The position numbers and the translations under genes are program-made. A stretch of DNA of 64,000 nucleotides, taken from the NCBI RefSeq assembly GCF_964204865.1, contig NC_135254.1:1426001-1490000 (forward strand), given 5' to 3'. Shown here one piece after another: positions 61,050 to 64,000 of this stretch (the first letter of the stretch is position 1; each line of letters opens with the position of its first letter). The notes under the pieces were generated by a model. It saw only the letters and a list, made by a program, of their open reading frames with translations. It did not search any database and had not been told where the DNA came from. The DNA comes from Styela clava. Taxonomy: Eukaryota.

Positions 61050-61395
61050 TTGAGGTGTGACTGGCCAGAATAATCTAATGTAAAGGTGTCAGTGCTGCTA
61101 TTTTCAAGCTTTAATACTATTTCCTTTAATATTACTTATTAAGGCGTGACTGGCCAGAATATTCTCATGCTAATGTAATGGTGTCAGTGCTGCTATTTTC
61201 AAGCTTTAATACCATTTCCTTTAATATTAATTATTAAGGCGTGACTGGCCAGAATATTCTCATGCTAATGTAATGGTGTCAGTGCTGCTATTTTCAAACT
61301 TCAGTACAATTTCTTTTATTATAACCATTGAGGCGTGTCTGGTCAGAATTATCTAATGCTAGTATAAAGGTGTCAGTGCTGCTATTTTCAAACTC
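61050..61395. repeat. ~90-95-bp tandem repeat, ~3.7 copies
   Basis: AGG(C/T)GTGACTGGCCAGAAT...GGTGTCAGTGCTGCTATTTTCAA is repeated four times. Confidence 0.9.
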
Positions 61396-63802
61396 CCTTA
61401 TTTTTGATGTTGAATCACACTGAAGTTAACTTGACCTCTTTTTCAACTGCTGCAAAGTTTTTTAATGTGAATATTGTTTCAGATTTCATTTCTATGATCG
61501 TAATTTGCAAAAATCAGAATCTGGGAAAATGTTGTAATTCACCTTTCTCATACCTGATTTAAGACCAGGGCTTCAGAGCCGGTGAAATTTATAATCGACT
61601 GCCGACTTTATGTTGGAAAAATTTTTCATTCGGCTGATCGTAGGGAAAATTAAATCTTGATTATGAAACTCTGGCATCTGCAAGTTTCCTTAATTGTTTA
61701 TTTAAAACGGTGAGGTAAAGCATACCCTCTAAAAATGGCTCGGAACGATTATTTTTTTCGTGTGTGTGTGCACTCTTATCATGAAAACGTTAGTTTGAGT
61801 ACTAACTTCTCATTCACCGCTATGTTTCTTTATCATAGATGTGAGATAGCTTTGGCAATACAGTGGTTGCCTTTAAGTTCACCAAAAATGAGTCTACGTT
61901 GCTTCTGAGTGAGTGTAAACGCCTTGCTTTGAGTAAATTATTTCTCAGTCAAGTCGCTTCTGTACCGGGTCAAGGTTGATGTTTAATTAATTCAACTTTT
62001 TTCATTTTCTTCTTGTTTTATTAACACTGTACTTCTTAGCCCGGTGATGTTTTTTCATTTTGAACTAATTTTTTCTGTTTTTTTTTTCTTATTTTTATTC
62101 ATTTTTGAGTGAATTCTGTTAAGAAAAAAGGGTGGCGTTCTCTTCAATGCATAATTTGCAATTCCGAATCCAAAATGTTTCTGAATCTGAATGTATCAGG
62201 CCATGTTCAGAAACATTTTTCCACAAATTATTGGGCGTTCCAGAAGTATGTGTACCAATATGGAGATATCTAATTTTGTTCGCCTATTTTACATCAAGTT
62301 GTGTAAAGGGACTGAAACCTACGGGCAGGGGGTATATTCACTTGACTAATACAAACAGTTCCCGGGACTCTTAATAGAACTAAAATAAGGAAAATTGGAA
62401 TAAAGTTATGGCCTAACTCTGACCTGGTACACATACTATATAATAAAAATTATGAATGAATAGCCCTAGTTTTTGTAGCAAGATAACTCTTTATAACTAA
62501 ATTTATTTCTAATCATGTTTGTAAATACTAATCTAATTAAATTTCTAATTAAAAATGTTATCAATTTTTTTGTTAAAAATAGCTTTCCCTGGTTGCGGTA
62601 ATCACACATAAGAGACCACCACTCAGCCCCAATAGTAGTTACCCTGGCGCAGCAGTTCCTAACAAGGGGCCGTCGCCGTTAAATAGGGGTCACAAGGTGC
62701 AGAACAGATTTTACTTGTTCCTTGACAAGAAAACTTCCTAGTTTCGTTGCTTGATAAGGTTGTTTCACAGGGTCTAATCACTTTGAGCATGAATTGTTTG
62801 AAACTAATGGGATTTGGAATCTACCAATCATAATATAACACTCTAAATACCACTGGGCCATGAGGCTTAGAAACCTTTGGAAGGGGGGTCACAAGCCATA
62901 AAAGGTTGGGGACCTCTGCTATATTGTCAGAGTTTAGCAAACTTGTGCAAAACTTTGACTTTATCCATTTTTAAGGCGTTATTGCTTTGAACGAGAATCC
63001 AGTGAAAATTCACTGAAAAATGCAAAACCCCACTTATTCTCCCGATTCGATATTGCCTACCCAGTTTCTTATACACTTGTCAGGGTGGCTAACATGAGGT
63101 TTGAACCTGGGATCTCTAACTTGTGTCCAGCCAATACTGCCAGGTGCCACATCTTTTGCTGTGATTATCAGATTTTTTATGTGTTTGCAACTTTTATTGT
63201 TTTCTTTACTGAAGGTTTGGCAAGTTTCTGTCTGTATGTGCTGACGCAAATTTACAATAATTAAAGCAAAATGTGGTAGATATGCATGTTGATTGATTTG
63301 TATTTTTGAAGGGGAAGTTCTGGAACAAGTCGGGAATTTAGATTTCTAATTGTTAACTTGACAAAGCTTTCTAAATTGACAGTTACAGGAGGTTTGCATA
63401 TGCCGAGGTATTTGGATCAAAAATTTGATTTTTCTGGAGCCCAGAGCTGGAGTCGAAAAATTTCTTTCTGGAAGTTTGATTTAAATTGATCTATAGAGAC
63501 GCCTAAGATGATACTTAGATCTTCTAACATTGCTTCCCAAAGTTGATTGACAAGGGCCGAAAATAAAAGGGGATGGATACTTATTTGCAAGAGGCTGTGA
63601 CACCAATTGGAACCGGAACCGCTTCAACTTCAGCGAGCCATATTAAATCGTTCCGGACCTCGGTTTGGGGGCGACTGTTCTAAACCTTTGGAGAAATTGG
63701 CTCAATCTCATGACAAACTAGCAGACTTTTGCTTGGAAATTTTAACCAGGTGACTGTACTAGTAGTCTGTCGCACAGTCCCGGTCCTGATTCTGAAATAT
63801 AT

Positions 63803-64000
63803 AAACAGAATATCGGTCAGAGACCGAAGACTTATCGATCTAAAGTTAGGTGATCCCCCCAAACAGCGCTCTTACTCCATAGTGACACCTTGTGTCCCAT
63901 CACTAATTAATTAATAACTTAAATAATAACTAAATATGATAAATGCACATGCAAAATCTGGAGCAGATTCAATCTTGCTTTCGTGAGATATCGCGTGCAT
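63803..64000 (-). mobile_element. DINE-1/HINE-like repeat, inverted copy of the 9270-9668 family (runs off the window)
   Basis: ATGCACATGCAAAATCTGGAGCAGATTCAATCTTGCTTTCGTGAGATATCGCGTGCAT is the near-exact reverse complement of 9353-9410. Confidence 0.8.

Noticed and set aside
60554-62918. Single hAT element bounded by CAGTGGTTCCCAA and TTGGGGACCTCTG
   Set aside because: No matching 8-bp TSD; these are more likely separate MITE fragments.

Overview
AT-rich, intron-containing animal genomic DNA (probably a marine invertebrate; species not determinable from the window). A roughly 9-10 kb block occurs twice in direct orientation (about 1-9270 and 46665-56820). Each copy carries a single-coding-exon NLR immune receptor gene (two tandem Death-like domains, NACHT, RI-type LRR) followed by a GoLoco-motif exon of a GPSM1/2 (AGS3/LGN/Pins)-like gene. 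After copy B three more decayed exons complete the four-GoLoco series. The two NLRs are near-identical in the NACHT domain but differ sharply at exposed LRR strand positions and in LRR module number (2 vs 3 units of 171 bp). Copy B also has a late nonsense codon. In contrast, the two GoLoco exons differ almost only at silent sites. The 37 kb between the copies is a nest of transposons: a BEL/Pao 3' fragment, hAT elements nested in an old LINE, a decayed multi-exon Zisupton/KDZ DNA transposon (KDZ core, SAP, Ulp1 protease, PHD) that the ORF track shows only as fragments, a full-length decayed Ty1/copia inserted in one of its exons, a decayed Tx1/L1 element whose ORF1 carries an SGNH esterase, and an intact L2/CR1-group LINE inserted at that element's YADD codons. 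All family calls come from motif recognition by eye; no database search was run.
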